Assembly (NCBI GenBank): GCA_045654505.1
Contig: JAZONM010000005.1
Span: 37,491 to 101,490, forward strand
DNA length: 64,000 nucleotides
Direction of reading: 5' to 3'
Source of the DNA: Clostridia bacterium
Lineage (GTDB): Bacteria; Bacillota; Clostridia; Christensenellales; UBA1242
Part shown: positions 1 to 8,769 of the stretch, piece by piece
How positions within the stretch are numbered: the stretch's first letter is position 1
Layout: each line of letters begins with the position of its first letter
Position numbers and translations under genes: made by a program
The notes under the pieces: generated by a model
Seen by the model: the letters and a program-made list of their open reading frames with translations, nothing else
Databases searched by the model: none
Told to the model about the DNA's origin: nothing

Positions 1-467
1 TGAAACGAAAGCCGAATACTCATAATGCCAATCTACTCAAAGGTTTTGTAGGATTTAATATATTGGTGTACGGAGTTATTCAAGCATTCTTGGTGCTTAT
101 GGTATACTTTATTGGATATGATGTTATTGGTCTATCCACTGAGAAAGTAATTACTTTGTGTTTCGTAACACTAGTATTTATAGAAGGTTTTCATTCGTAC
201 AATGTCAAAGACGAAAGAAGAAGCGTATTTGCAAGCAATCCTTTTGATAATAGACTTCTAAATTTGGGATTCATTAGTTCGTTTGTACTTACATTCTTAT
301 TTATTGGTATACCTATCCCTGCAATACAATCTGCACTTGGTATCACAACATTGACAGCAGTAGAGTGGTTGATTTGTGCTGGAGTGGGCTTCTTAATGGT
401 GCCTATTGCCGAACTTATAAAACTTTGTATCAAATTATCAAAACCTACAAGTAAATCTAAAAAGTAA
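1..467 (+). CDS. P-type cation-transporting ATPase, C-terminal fragment (gene begins upstream of window)
   Basis: Frame 3 is open from nt 3 to the stop at 467. The translation has the TM-rich Cation_ATPase_C look (..VTLVFIEGFHSYNVKDERRSVFASNPFDNRLLN..VEWLICAGVGFLMVPIAELIK), typical of Ca2+/Mg2+ P-type ATPases. Confidence 0.7.
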   Translation, partial: KRKPNTHNANLLKGFVGFNILVYGVIQAFLVLMVYFIGYDVIGLSTEKVITLCFVTLVFIEGFHSYNVKDERRSVFASNPFDNRLLNLGFISSFVLTFLFIGIPIPAIQSALGITTLTAVEWLICAGVGFLMVPIAELIKLCIKLSKPTSKSKK

Positions 468-472
468 ATGAT

Positions 473-534
473 AAAAAATATAACCCTTTTAATACTTTTC
501 CGTCTTTAGGAATAGTTGTGGGGTTATATTTTTT
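473..534. terminator. Long-loop hairpin terminator between convergent genes
   Basis: aaaaaatataaccc (473-486) pairs perfectly with gggttatatttttt (521-534). The loop is 34 nt. A/T runs on both sides make it potentially bidirectional. Confidence 0.5.
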
Positions 535-565
535 GTAATATATAAAGTAATGTCGTAAATAAAAT

Positions 566-1375
566 TTAATTACCTAGAGTAGTAGCAAAGTTTACGCTAT
601 CACTCGCAAAACTGAAAGTAGTGTTTGTTTTGTTGCAAAAATCCGAAAGTAGATAAGAAAATGTTTTGTGACATATTTCTTCTATTTTATCGTTGGTGTT
701 TTTGCTATTCATATATGATTTGATTTCTTTGTTTTTGTCATTATTTAGTGCATTAAATGATGTCTGATAGGTGGTGCTTTGACCCTCAATCATGGCAAAA
801 CTTGTCACATATATAATATTCGGAACAGTATAACCCAATTCTTTGTACACGTCTTTTTCGGCAGAAGTTATGCCACAAAAAGTACTGAATCTGATACTTG
901 CTACATACTTAAAAGTGATTATGCCATTACTTTCACTGATATTTATTTGATTGTAGTCAAGGCTGTATTTGTTTTGTGTAATTGCCATTATTTCATTTAC
1001 AAAAAATGCACTTTCATTTGCTGTTAGAGAAAAATTATTGGCATTTCCTACATTGTCGTATTTTTCTCTTGTCATATAAGAATTTTTAAACAGGTCGATA
1101 CCAGCGTCTATTGTCTTAGTTTTTACATTTGATTTGTCATCTAATGTGATAGGTTTGTCTATCAAAGATTCTGCAGTGTATTTTTCATTCAGGTAGCCAA
1201 GCACTGCCGAATTTCCTACGGTGCTATTTTCAATATCTTTCACAGTGCTTTTTATCGTGAAAAACATACCCACGCTCAAAACAAGAATCAAAGTCACAAG
1301 ACTCCACCTTGATATCAATTGGTCGGTGCTTAGTTTTTTCTTTTTTTTCTTCTCTTTCTTATTAAATAGTCCCAT
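566..1375 (-). CDS. Hypothetical membrane-anchored protein (Lys-rich N-terminus, one TM, extracytoplasmic domain)
   Basis: 269-aa ORF with a weak AAGG RBS 8 nt upstream. The N-terminus is MGLFNKKEKKKKKKLS followed by the TM WSLVTLILVLSVGMFFTI. No family recognised. Confidence 0.5.
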   Translation of the reverse strand: MGLFNKKEKKKKKKLSTDQLISRWSLVTLILVLSVGMFFTIKSTVKDIENSTVGNSAVLGYLNEKYTAESLIDKPITLDDKSNVKTKTIDAGIDLFKNSYMTREKYDNVGNANNFSLTANESAFFVNEIMAITQNKYSLDYNQINISESNGIITFKYVASIRFSTFCGITSAEKDVYKELGYTVPNIIYVTSFAMIEGQSTTYQTSFNALNNDKNKEIKSYMNSKNTNDKIEEICHKTFSYLLSDFCNKTNTTFSFASDSVNFATTLGN

Positions 1376-1458
1376 GTTTTACCTTTTCTAAATTATATAG
1401 CTCCACTATATTTTTGTCAAACTTTCGTTTATTCTAATCCTAAATTCCTTTTTTGTGA

Positions 1459-1487
1459 TTGACAAAGTGCAAAACTTGGTGTATTAT
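1459..1487 (+). promoter_or_regulatory. Sigma-A-type promoter upstream of the tRNA-Arg region
   Basis: TTGACA (1459-1464), 17-nt spacer, TATTAT (1482-1487), with a TG at the extended -10 position. Confidence 0.6.
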
Positions 1488-1508
1488 CTATATTGCAAAT
1501 GTAATTGC

Positions 1509-1566
1509 GCGTTCTTAGCTCAGCTGGCACGACTCGTAAAGAAAAGTCACCGGTGGTTGACTTTTT
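1509..1566 (+). other. 19-nt copy of the tRNA-Arg 5' end followed by a hairpin and T-run (truncated tRNA-like unit)
   Basis: 1509-1527 gcgttcttagctcagctgg is identical to tRNA positions 1662-1680. It then diverges into the hairpin aaaagtca(1542-1549)/tgactttt(1558-1565) followed by T's. Confidence 0.5.
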
Positions 1567-1661
1567 AGACAAAGTGAGGAGGAGAGAAGAGACTGAGAGA
1601 CGACTGGGTATACTCTATCCAGCTGTTTTGTAAAAAATATATTAAATCCAAAAATATTCAT

Positions 1662-1738
1662 GCGTTCTTAGCTCAGCTGGATAGAGCGTTGGTCTACGGA
1701 ACCAAAGGTCAGGGGTTCGAATCCCTTAGGGCGCACCA
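1662..1738 (+). tRNA. tRNA-Arg (anticodon ACG)
   Basis: Cloverleaf read by hand. Acceptor GCGTTCT/AGGGCGC with two G-U pairs. D-arm tagctcagctggatagagc. Anticodon stem ttggt/accaa with loop CTACGGA. T-arm aggggTTCGAATccctt. Encoded CCA. Confidence 0.9.
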
Positions 1739-1742
1739 AAAT

Positions 1743-1769
1743 AAAGAGAGTGAAAGTACTCTCTTTTTT
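1743..1769 (+). terminator. Rho-independent terminator after tRNA-Arg
   Basis: aaagagagt / actctcttt 9-bp stem, 6-nt loop, T-run. Confidence 0.7.
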
Positions 1770-2113
1770 ATATTGCCATATTGATAAATAGTTTCTTTTT
1801 TCTTATAGCATATTGCATGGCCTTGTAGGCACCGCTGTTTTGGGTGCGAAATACAAGTAAAACAAATTGTTTCTACAGCGACACAATACTCGAAAAACAT
1901 GTTTAAGAAATATGGTTATGATATCCGCCCACTTTCAAAATTAAAATTTATTGACAATCCGCTAAATCCTAGTAGTGTCGAGGTCAAAATGACTTGTGAT
2001 AGATACAACACAATCAAATCAGACAGAGATAATGTAAAAACATGTGAAAAATAATTCAGGACATAAAAAAAAGCATAGAAAATACTATGCTCTTTTTTAT
2101 AGTGGTTTTAATA

Positions 2114-3322
2114 TTATTGATATTCGTGCCAAATATTGCAAGCGAAAGCTTTTTCATAGTTGCATTTTACTTTCTTGACTTTCTCTTTATATTTGCCTTT
2201 TTTGATGTTTGCCTTATAGTATTCAAATTTTACAAGGTCGCCGATAAATCCAAGGGTGTCTTTTTTAGCAACATATATAAATTTGTCTTCGTCGATTTCT
2301 TTTGTGTGTTTTTTATTGGTTAGGTGAAATAAGTACTCTTCGCGATTTATATTTTTCAAAACAACTTTATAGAATAAGTGAGGTTTTCCTACTTCATAAA
2401 TATCTTGGCCACAACCTAAAAATTTAATTTCTATATCTTTCTTTTTTAAAAATTCAGGGTCGATATTTAGTCTCGAAACAATCCCATCAAGTACGCAATC
2501 CTTCATTAAGTAATCGCGTGTGATATTTGAATCATTTGGGATATTAAGTCGAGTAGCTATACTAGAAGTAATTTTGTTTTTTGATATAGTTGAGTTTCCT
2601 TTTCTTCTTGGAAGTAGTAGAGTGCCATCATTTAGATAAACTAGCGCAATAATACCGATATGATTGGACATAACCGAATTTTCAAGTGGAGTGATATTTG
2701 GACCATACTCGTAATAATCTCTTAGACTAATTCCTGATTCAAGTTTGAAGTCAGCAGCTCTATTTGTTATTAAATGATTAAAGTATGTACTTCTTGATAG
2801 AATAAGTGAATATTCGTCATCAGCAGTTTTTTTGACACTGTCTAAGCGGACGGTCAACATATTTCGTATAGTGCTGTATTGGTGCGCTTTTAATAAATCA
2901 TGAAAATTGTCCATTACAAAGTCTGCTGGCTGAAATACAGTATCTTTATTATCAATTACCTTGATTTTATAATTTTTGTTTACTATTAAGTCGTTGTACA
3001 ATACAGTCGTTTTTGTACCATTAAGCTCTACTACTTTTTTGCATTTTTCATCAGTGTAGATGTTGGAAAGTTTTTTTGTGTCATTGCTTACTTTTATAGA
3101 ATCTTCAAGTTTTATAGAAACAATCTTAAATATACCAAGTGTCAAATGAGATATTATAAAACCAAAAAAGATGCTCAGTAGATTGGCGATTGTGTCTGAA
3201 GTAAACATTCCAAAAAGGAAAACAAAGAATAAGCAGAGTGCGATTGTAAATAGATACTTTGATATACTATTGGAATTGATAAAATAAATAATAGAGATAA
3301 AGAAATTTTTAATTTTTTTCAT
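2114..3322 (-). CDS. Hypothetical integral-membrane protein with a ~320-aa soluble C-terminal domain
   Basis: 402-aa ORF with RBS aggtgaggg. The N-terminal ~70 aa are hydrophobic (2-3 TM). The start overlaps the stop of the upstream Gfo/Idh/MocA gene by 14 nt, implying translational coupling. No family recognised. Confidence 0.55.
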   Translation of the reverse strand: MKKIKNFFISIIYFINSNSISKYLFTIALCLFFVFLFGMFTSDTIANLLSIFFGFIISHLTLGIFKIVSIKLEDSIKVSNDTKKLSNIYTDEKCKKVVELNGTKTTVLYNDLIVNKNYKIKVIDNKDTVFQPADFVMDNFHDLLKAHQYSTIRNMLTVRLDSVKKTADDEYSLILSRSTYFNHLITNRAADFKLESGISLRDYYEYGPNITPLENSVMSNHIGIIALVYLNDGTLLLPRRKGNSTISKNKITSSIATRLNIPNDSNITRDYLMKDCVLDGIVSRLNIDPEFLKKKDIEIKFLGCGQDIYEVGKPHLFYKVVLKNINREEYLFHLTNKKHTKEIDEDKFIYVAKKDTLGFIGDLVKFEYYKANIKKGKYKEKVKKVKCNYEKAFACNIWHEYQ

Positions 3323-4220
3323 AATAATCCCTCACCTTTAATAAAATTTCGTGAATTTTTCGTCCTGAATCCAAGTCGCTTTTTCCCTTAAATTTTGAGA
3401 AGTAGTTTTTGTAATGAGTGTTTAGTCGCACACCAGTCGAAACCACTTGCTCTTTGTCGTCTTTTATTATGCTTTGATTACTGTGATGCAAAACTATTCT
3501 TTTATCTAGGTAGACAAATTCAGTTATCTTTTGGTTTAGATTGTTTCGCCAATCGATTTTGATATCAATGTCAATGCCGTCTATAAGCAGTGACACCTCA
3601 CTTGCAATAGGAATTTGAGATTTTTCACACAAAACATTTTTTACATTCAATATTTCGTATGTTTTGAAAGGTAAAAACAACTTTAATAGACTCAAGATAT
3701 TTACTCCGCTGTCTATCCATGAGCCACCTAGTCTTACTCGGTCTACAATTGCAGTCTTGCCGTCTGTGCTATATGGGTCATTTGAAGAAATTATGATTTT
3801 CTTAAGATTTTTTGTGTCAAAATCTTTTAAAAATTTTCTTACTTCCTCTCCGTTTTGCCAATGATATACCACTTCTAGCACTAAGTGAGCTTTGTCTGCT
3901 AATTTTGTAAGATTGTCCCATTCTGTTATTTCCAATACAGCTGGTTTTTCTACAATAACATTTACACCCGCAAGCAAGCAGTTTTTGATAATATTATAGT
4001 GTGTATGAGGTGGAGTCGCAACAACAACATAATCCAAGTTTTCTTTTCGTATCATTTCAATATAATCGGTATAAAAACTCAATTCTTGGTCTTGAAACTT
4101 ATCTTTTGTTTTTTTATCAATATCTGCAAATGATGTCAATTTTAAAAATTTAGAATATTTTAATCCGTATAAAATGTGTTGGGATATTACGCCCAAACCA
4201 ATTAGTCCTGTCTTTTTCAT
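3309..4220 (-). CDS. Gfo/Idh/MocA family NAD(P)-dependent oxidoreductase
   Basis: N-terminal Rossmann GLIGLGVISQ and the family-typical VVVATPPHTHYNIIKNCLLAGVNVIVEKP motif. Confidence 0.8.
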   Translation of the reverse strand: MKKTGLIGLGVISQHILYGLKYSKFLKLTSFADIDKKTKDKFQDQELSFYTDYIEMIRKENLDYVVVATPPHTHYNIIKNCLLAGVNVIVEKPAVLEITEWDNLTKLADKAHLVLEVVYHWQNGEEVRKFLKDFDTKNLKKIIISSNDPYSTDGKTAIVDRVRLGGSWIDSGVNILSLLKLFLPFKTYEILNVKNVLCEKSQIPIASEVSLLIDGIDIDIKIDWRNNLNQKITEFVYLDKRIVLHHSNQSIIKDDKEQVVSTGVRLNTHYKNYFSKFKGKSDLDSGRKIHEILLKVRDYYEKN

Positions 4221-4350
4221 ATTTCAAATATATCAAAAGTTGTATATTAAGTCAAACTAATGAAAATATCTGGACTTTTATTTATTTGCTGTATTTAATT
4301 TTAGAAATCAAATAAAAATATGATATACTGATTATATACGGGAGATTGCT

Positions 4351-6324
4351 ATGAAGAAAATAATGTTTACTGGAGATAACCTAACCAAAGAAGAAAGACA
4401 AGCACTTGCAAAACAAGGTTATCAAATTGATGCTTATGATACCAATCTGAATACAAATAAAATAGTAGAGTTAATCAACACCAAATCGTACGACGGATAT
4501 ATTTTGGGTGGCGATGAGATATTGGATAGTGATACCATATCACAATTTGGACAAAACTTAAAAGTTATATCTTTTTACGGTGTGGGATATGAGGCATATA
4601 TAGACACTATTGCAACGTCTAATAAGGGAATTTTGGTTGCAAATACACCTAAGACCAATACCAATGCAGTAGCCGAACATACTATTGCATTGATTCTTGC
4701 AAGCACCAGAAATATTGTGCACAACAATAACAATCTAAAAATAGGTATCTGGGAAAAGGAAAAAATCAACGATTTGTGTGGTTTGACTATTGGTATTATT
4801 GGCATGGGCGCGATAGGTACTCAAGTGGCACGCACATTATATTATAGTTTTGGCGCCAACATTATCTATTATAGTAGGACACGCAAGCAAGACTTGGAAA
4901 AAGAAATAAACATGAGATACGTCTCGCTTGACGAGTTGTATGCACAAAGCGACATCATTTCTTTACATTGCTCGCTAAACAAAGAAACAGAAAATATGAT
5001 AGATAGTCGAGCATTTTCCATTATGAAAGATGGAGTGATTTTAATCAATACTTCAAGAGCAATGTTGGTTAATCCAAAAGCTTTATATGATAATTTGGAC
5101 AACAACAAAATCCGAACAGCAGCATTTGATGTTTTTTATAAAGAGCCAATCAATTTGCGCACAGATAAAGATTTTAGCCATTTTAATAAATTCAACAACA
5201 AACAATTGGTGATTAGTCCACATACGGCGTACTTTTCTCATCAGGCATTAGGTAATATGAAAAAAATGGCAATACAAAACTGTATTGACGTATTGGAAGG
5301 AAAGAAGTGTAATAATGTGGTCAATGAAATTGGTAATTTTGTAAAAACACATGATTATTTCAATTCTACATTGCTTGAAAATTACAATTTTTATATCGTA
5401 GAGCAAAGCCAATACTATCTTGATAAAATAAAAACAGCATTTACAAATTCTATCAATTCCAAAAATTTGGAGTGTTTTTACAATCTCGAAGATTTTTATA
5501 AATGCAAGTCATTATACAAGAGCGATAATAAAAAAATTATTTTAGCTTATTTTGATATATTTAAGGACTTCGAAAAAATAAAGAAAATTAAAAATCTTTC
5601 TGCAATTTGCTATGGCTGTACATATTTGTCAGATATAGATTTGGAGTATTGCAACAAAAACGACATTATAGTTACGGCACTTGGAGAATATAGGGCAGAT
5701 ATGCGTGTAGACTTGATATTCTATATAATACAATCTGTAGTCGGAAGAATGTCTGATGTGATAAAAGACAAAACCAATTTTGCCAATTTTGATATACCTA
5801 ATTATAAGGATATGAAAGTAGGCTTTTTAGGTTATACCGAACTTACTGATGCATTATCAAAAAAATGTAAAATGTACGGCATGAATGTAAGTTATTTTAG
5901 TGAGAAATATAGGCCAAAGACGCTAAATTTCAAAACAATGAAAAATATTCTTAGGGAAAGTGATATAATAATCACTGCAGGTTATACAAAGGAAGAACAA
6001 TACAAAATCGGACAAGACATGGAAAAATTGGTCAATCCTAAGTCGTATATTATTTCGTGCGAACAAGAAGCACAAAATATAAATAAAGACTTATTTATTA
6101 GACTTGCTGAGCAAAACAAAATACTCGGATATGGTTTTACGCAAGTTGCAGGCATAACACCTGCAAGCAAGGAAGAAAGCATGGATAGATTTAAGGGAAA
6201 TGTCTTTATACTGCCTGACAAGACCTGGGCAAACGAAGAAGTTTTTAATAATTTGTGCGACAAATGGGTTGAGTCTGTAAAATCAGTACTTGAGGGCAAT
6301 GCTAAAGACCTTGCAAAACTATAA
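4351..6324 (+). CDS. D-isomer-specific 2-hydroxyacid dehydrogenase fused to a second, degenerate 2-Hacid_dh-like half
   Basis: N-half has GIIGMGAIGTQVA (NAD site) and R (NTSRAML), E (DVFYKEP), H (SPHTAYFS) in catalytic spacing. C-half (from ~aa 330) repeats the fold (MKVGFLGYTELTDAL..) without an obvious GxGxxG or His. Confidence 0.75.
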   Translation: MKKIMFTGDNLTKEERQALAKQGYQIDAYDTNLNTNKIVELINTKSYDGYILGGDEILDSDTISQFGQNLKVISFYGVGYEAYIDTIATSNKGILVANTPKTNTNAVAEHTIALILASTRNIVHNNNNLKIGIWEKEKINDLCGLTIGIIGMGAIGTQVARTLYYSFGANIIYYSRTRKQDLEKEINMRYVSLDELYAQSDIISLHCSLNKETENMIDSRAFSIMKDGVILINTSRAMLVNPKALYDNLDNNKIRTAAFDVFYKEPINLRTDKDFSHFNKFNNKQLVISPHTAYFSHQALGNMKKMAIQNCIDVLEGKKCNNVVNEIGNFVKTHDYFNSTLLENYNFYIVEQSQYYLDKIKTAFTNSINSKNLECFYNLEDFYKCKSLYKSDNKKIILAYFDIFKDFEKIKKIKNLSAICYGCTYLSDIDLEYCNKNDIIVTALGEYRADMRVDLIFYIIQSVVGRMSDVIKDKTNFANFDIPNYKDMKVGFLGYTELTDALSKKCKMYGMNVSYFSEKYRPKTLNFKTMKNILRESDIIITAGYTKEEQYKIGQDMEKLVNPKSYIISCEQEAQNINKDLFIRLAEQNKILGYGFTQVAGITPASKEESMDRFKGNVFILPDKTWANEEVFNNLCDKWVESVKSVLEGNAKDLAKL

Positions 6325-6410
6325 GTTTTTTAAAGCGAGAGTTGTTTTTGAAATAAAATATATACAATATTTTTGTTGTGTGATATAATAAAAAAAGAGA
6401 GGAGGTCAAT

Positions 6411-7080
6411 ATGAAGAGAGTAATTATTACTGGTCCTAGTGGCGGACTTGCCAGCGCTTTTGCTAAAAAATGTATTAGTGAAGGCATAGAAGTGATTGGG
6501 CTTGGCAGGACACAGCCAGACTATGAGTGCAAATTTATTAAGACCGACCTTAGAAGTGAAGAGTCCATGAAGAAGGCTTGCGACGAGATAAAATCGTGGG
6601 GGGGGGGGTCGATTTGGTGCCCTAATCAACTGTGCGGGACTAATCAGTGTACAAGATGCTGACAAAATCACATATTCTGAGCTTGAGGACACTATTAAGG
6701 TCAATAATTTAGCGCCTATATTCCTTACATCACAATTGTTTAATGAGATAAAGGCAAATGGGGCGGATATAATAAATGTAGGTTCGACTGTAGGTCTAAA
6801 AGCATATACAAGCCAATGTGCATACGTTACTTCTAAATGGGGATTAAGAGGAACAAGTCTTAATTTTCAATTAGAATTGGCAAAATGTAAGTCGCGTGTA
6901 ATCCAATTAAACGTTGGTGGAATGAATACTAGATTTTGGGAAAAATATAATGGCACAAAACTGGAAAATCCCAATGAGTGGATGCAACCTCAAGATATAG
7001 CAGATATAATGATGTATATCTTAAGACTGCCAAAAAATATTGAGATAAGCGATATCACAATTAATAGAAAAAAATCCTAA
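6411..7080 (+). pseudogene. Short-chain dehydrogenase/reductase (SDR) interrupted by a +1 frameshift in a G11 tract
   Basis: ORF 6411-6662 carries TGPSGGLASAF (TGxxxGxG). The frame starting at 6601 continues RFGALINCAG..S..YVTSKWGLRG (NNAG-like and YxxxK motifs) to 7080. Removing one G restores a ~222-aa SDR. Confidence 0.8.
6598..6608 (+). repeat. Homopolymeric G11 tract inside the SDR gene
   Basis: Read directly: ..aaatcgt ggggggggggg tcgattt.. Striking in an AT-rich genome. Confidence 0.95.
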
Positions 7081-7081
7081 T

Positions 7082-7111
7082 AAAAAAGAAGCTTTTTTAG
7101 CTTCTTTTTTT
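7082..7111. terminator. Bidirectional terminator between SDR (+) and GT2 (-)
   Basis: aaaagaagc / gcttctttt stem with a 7-nt loop, flanked by A-run and T-run. Confidence 0.7.
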
Positions 7112-8165
7112 ATAAAAACTTTTCATTTTTTGTTATATTTGGGTGGGTAGGTTTTAGAGACTTGGCTTTTCTGTGATATTCCGCAAATTTTTCTTTATTG
7201 CCAATTCTATAATAAAGACAACTCAATTGGATATAGGGTATAAAGTCGTAAAAGTCTTTTTGGACAAAACCACCTTTTTCCATGTTGATGGGACAGATTG
7301 TCGAAGTGGTATACCAAAAAATCGCAGAGGAAATGTCGTTTTGGTTTTGATATATTTCGCCCAGTGCACAACATATCTCGCCATTTGGCGGAGAGAATTT
7401 CATAGAGTCAATGAGTATATTTTTCGCACTATTCAAGTCATTTTTCAAAACATAGCATTTTGATAGTGTCAGTTGTGCATCTATTATATTTGGTAGATAG
7501 CCTTTACCGTCAGTAATAAATTTATTAAATGAGCTAATTGCTTGGTCAATTTGATTATTAAAATATAGTTCGCGAGAGTAATAAAACTGCGCACGTGGGT
7601 CAAGAGTTTCGCCTTTTGCAATATGTTTTTGATAGATTTTTAGATTTCGCCCACTATCTCGTGTTGTTTCTATTTTTCTATGCTCTATTGCTATGTCAAA
7701 GTATCCGACTTTGCCTTGCAAGGCTATCGCTTCATGCACCCAGCCTCGCCATACATACCGCTTATTGTTTTTTAAAATACGCTCGCGGTAATATTCAAAA
7801 GTTGGTTGGTCATTTTCGTCAAAACCCATTTGGTATCTAAACATATATATGTCGTATTGAGGAGGGGATTTTTTTAAGTCAACAATTTTTTTTATATTCT
7901 CTTCTGTTATCACGTCGTCCGCGTCTAGCCACATAATATATTCACATGTAGCTTTAGAGAAAGAGAAGTTTCGTGCTTGTGCAAAATCATCACACCACTC
8001 AAAGTCATATATCTTGTCGGTGAATTTTGATGCAATATATTTTGTAGTATCTTTCGATCCGGTGTCTACTATTATTATCTCGTCAGCAAAGTCCTTGGCT
8101 TTAGAGAGGACGCGCTCAAGTACTTTTTCTTCATTTTTCACTATCATACAAAGACTTAGTTTCAT
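7110..8165 (-). CDS. Family 2 glycosyltransferase with C-terminal TPR repeats
   Basis: N-terminus LSLCMIVKNEEKVLERVL..IIIVDTGSKDTT..WLDADD (GT2 DxD). The C-terminal half is TPR-like (AQLTLSKCYVLKNDLNSAKNIL..ALGEIYQNQND..). RBS aaggag. Confidence 0.8.
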   Translation of the reverse strand: MKLSLCMIVKNEEKVLERVLSKAKDFADEIIIVDTGSKDTTKYIASKFTDKIYDFEWCDDFAQARNFSFSKATCEYIMWLDADDVITEENIKKIVDLKKSPPQYDIYMFRYQMGFDENDQPTFEYYRERILKNNKRYVWRGWVHEAIALQGKVGYFDIAIEHRKIETTRDSGRNLKIYQKHIAKGETLDPRAQFYYSRELYFNNQIDQAISSFNKFITDGKGYLPNIIDAQLTLSKCYVLKNDLNSAKNILIDSMKFSPPNGEICCALGEIYQNQNDISSAIFWYTTSTICPINMEKGGFVQKDFYDFIPYIQLSCLYYRIGNKEKFAEYHRKAKSLKPTHPNITKNEKFL

Positions 8166-8697
8166 TAGCGCTCCTTATCAAATACTATAAATTGTATGAT
8201 AAAGGTGTAAAATTTTGTGAAACAATTTGTATACCCAATCCCATAAAGTTTGTATTTTTCAAAACACAATGTCTCAAAATGTGGCATTTAAGAGAAATTT
8301 AGTAAAAAAATTTTTATTTAAAAAAATAAATTATTCGGAAAAAATTTATAAAAAATTATAATTATTCATTCATTATGCATAAAAGCAATAAATGGTAGTG
8401 GGACATAGTGCTCAAGACGAGTAGGTTTTATCCAAATACGACCTTTTGACAAAAAGGTAGCACTTAAAAACAAACTCCTCAATGCCTGCTTTATATTTAT
8501 AAGGATTTGTGTTTTGTCGACATTAAGAATTTTGTTCGATGGTTTTGTCTTTTTATCTTCTTGGATAAATTTTTTTTAATTTTAGAATGAATAAAGAATG
8601 CATAAATTCAAGCAAAAAAGTATAAATATTTTGTTTTGTTTGACTCAAAAATTTGTTTGACTTTAAATTTGCCTTAGTATATCCTAAAGTCAGCGAA

Positions 8698-8745
8698 ACA
8701 CAAGATATGAGGTTTTGTGAAACATTCGACCACAATATATAGTGT
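8698..8745 (+). promoter_or_regulatory. Two NrdR-box-like palindromes upstream of nrdD
   Basis: Box 2 is ccacaatatatagtgt (8730-8745), close to acaCwAtATaTwGtgt. Box 1 is acacaagatatgaggt (8698-8713) and weaker. Centre-to-centre distance is 32 bp, as is typical for tandem NrdR boxes. Confidence 0.6.
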
Positions 8746-8769
8746 TTGACTAAAGATAAGGAGTACAAT

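Noticed and set aside
1709-1900. 63-aa minus-strand ORF
   Set aside because: It overlaps the tRNA-Arg 3' end and its terminator, so it is a spurious shadow ORF.
1899-2054. 51-aa plus-strand ORF (MFKKYGYDIRPLSKLKFIDNPLNPSSVEV...) between the tRNA and the 2114 gene
   Set aside because: No Shine-Dalgarno or promoter is visible and no family is recognised. It could be a gene remnant, but the evidence is insufficient to call it.
6302-6704. Minus-strand ORFs across the SDR 5' region (one containing PPPP from the C-run)
   Set aside because: They lie antisense to the SDR gene. The poly-Pro is just the complement of the G11 tract.
1739-8165. tRNA-adjacent genomic island or integrated element
   Set aside because: No integrase, transposase, phage genes or 3'-tRNA direct repeat were seen. 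The genes look like ordinary metabolic and envelope functions.
8166-8700. Possible cobalamin or other riboswitch in the 580-nt gap before nrdD
   Set aside because: I could not find a B12-box or any conserved riboswitch core. Only AT-rich sequence and a small accttttgacaaaaaggt hairpin are there. NrdR boxes explain the regulation.
8746-8769. TTG start for nrdD given by the track
   Set aside because: It would place the start inside NrdR box 2 and has no RBS. ATG 8770 is preceded by aaggag, and the ATP-cone begins there.
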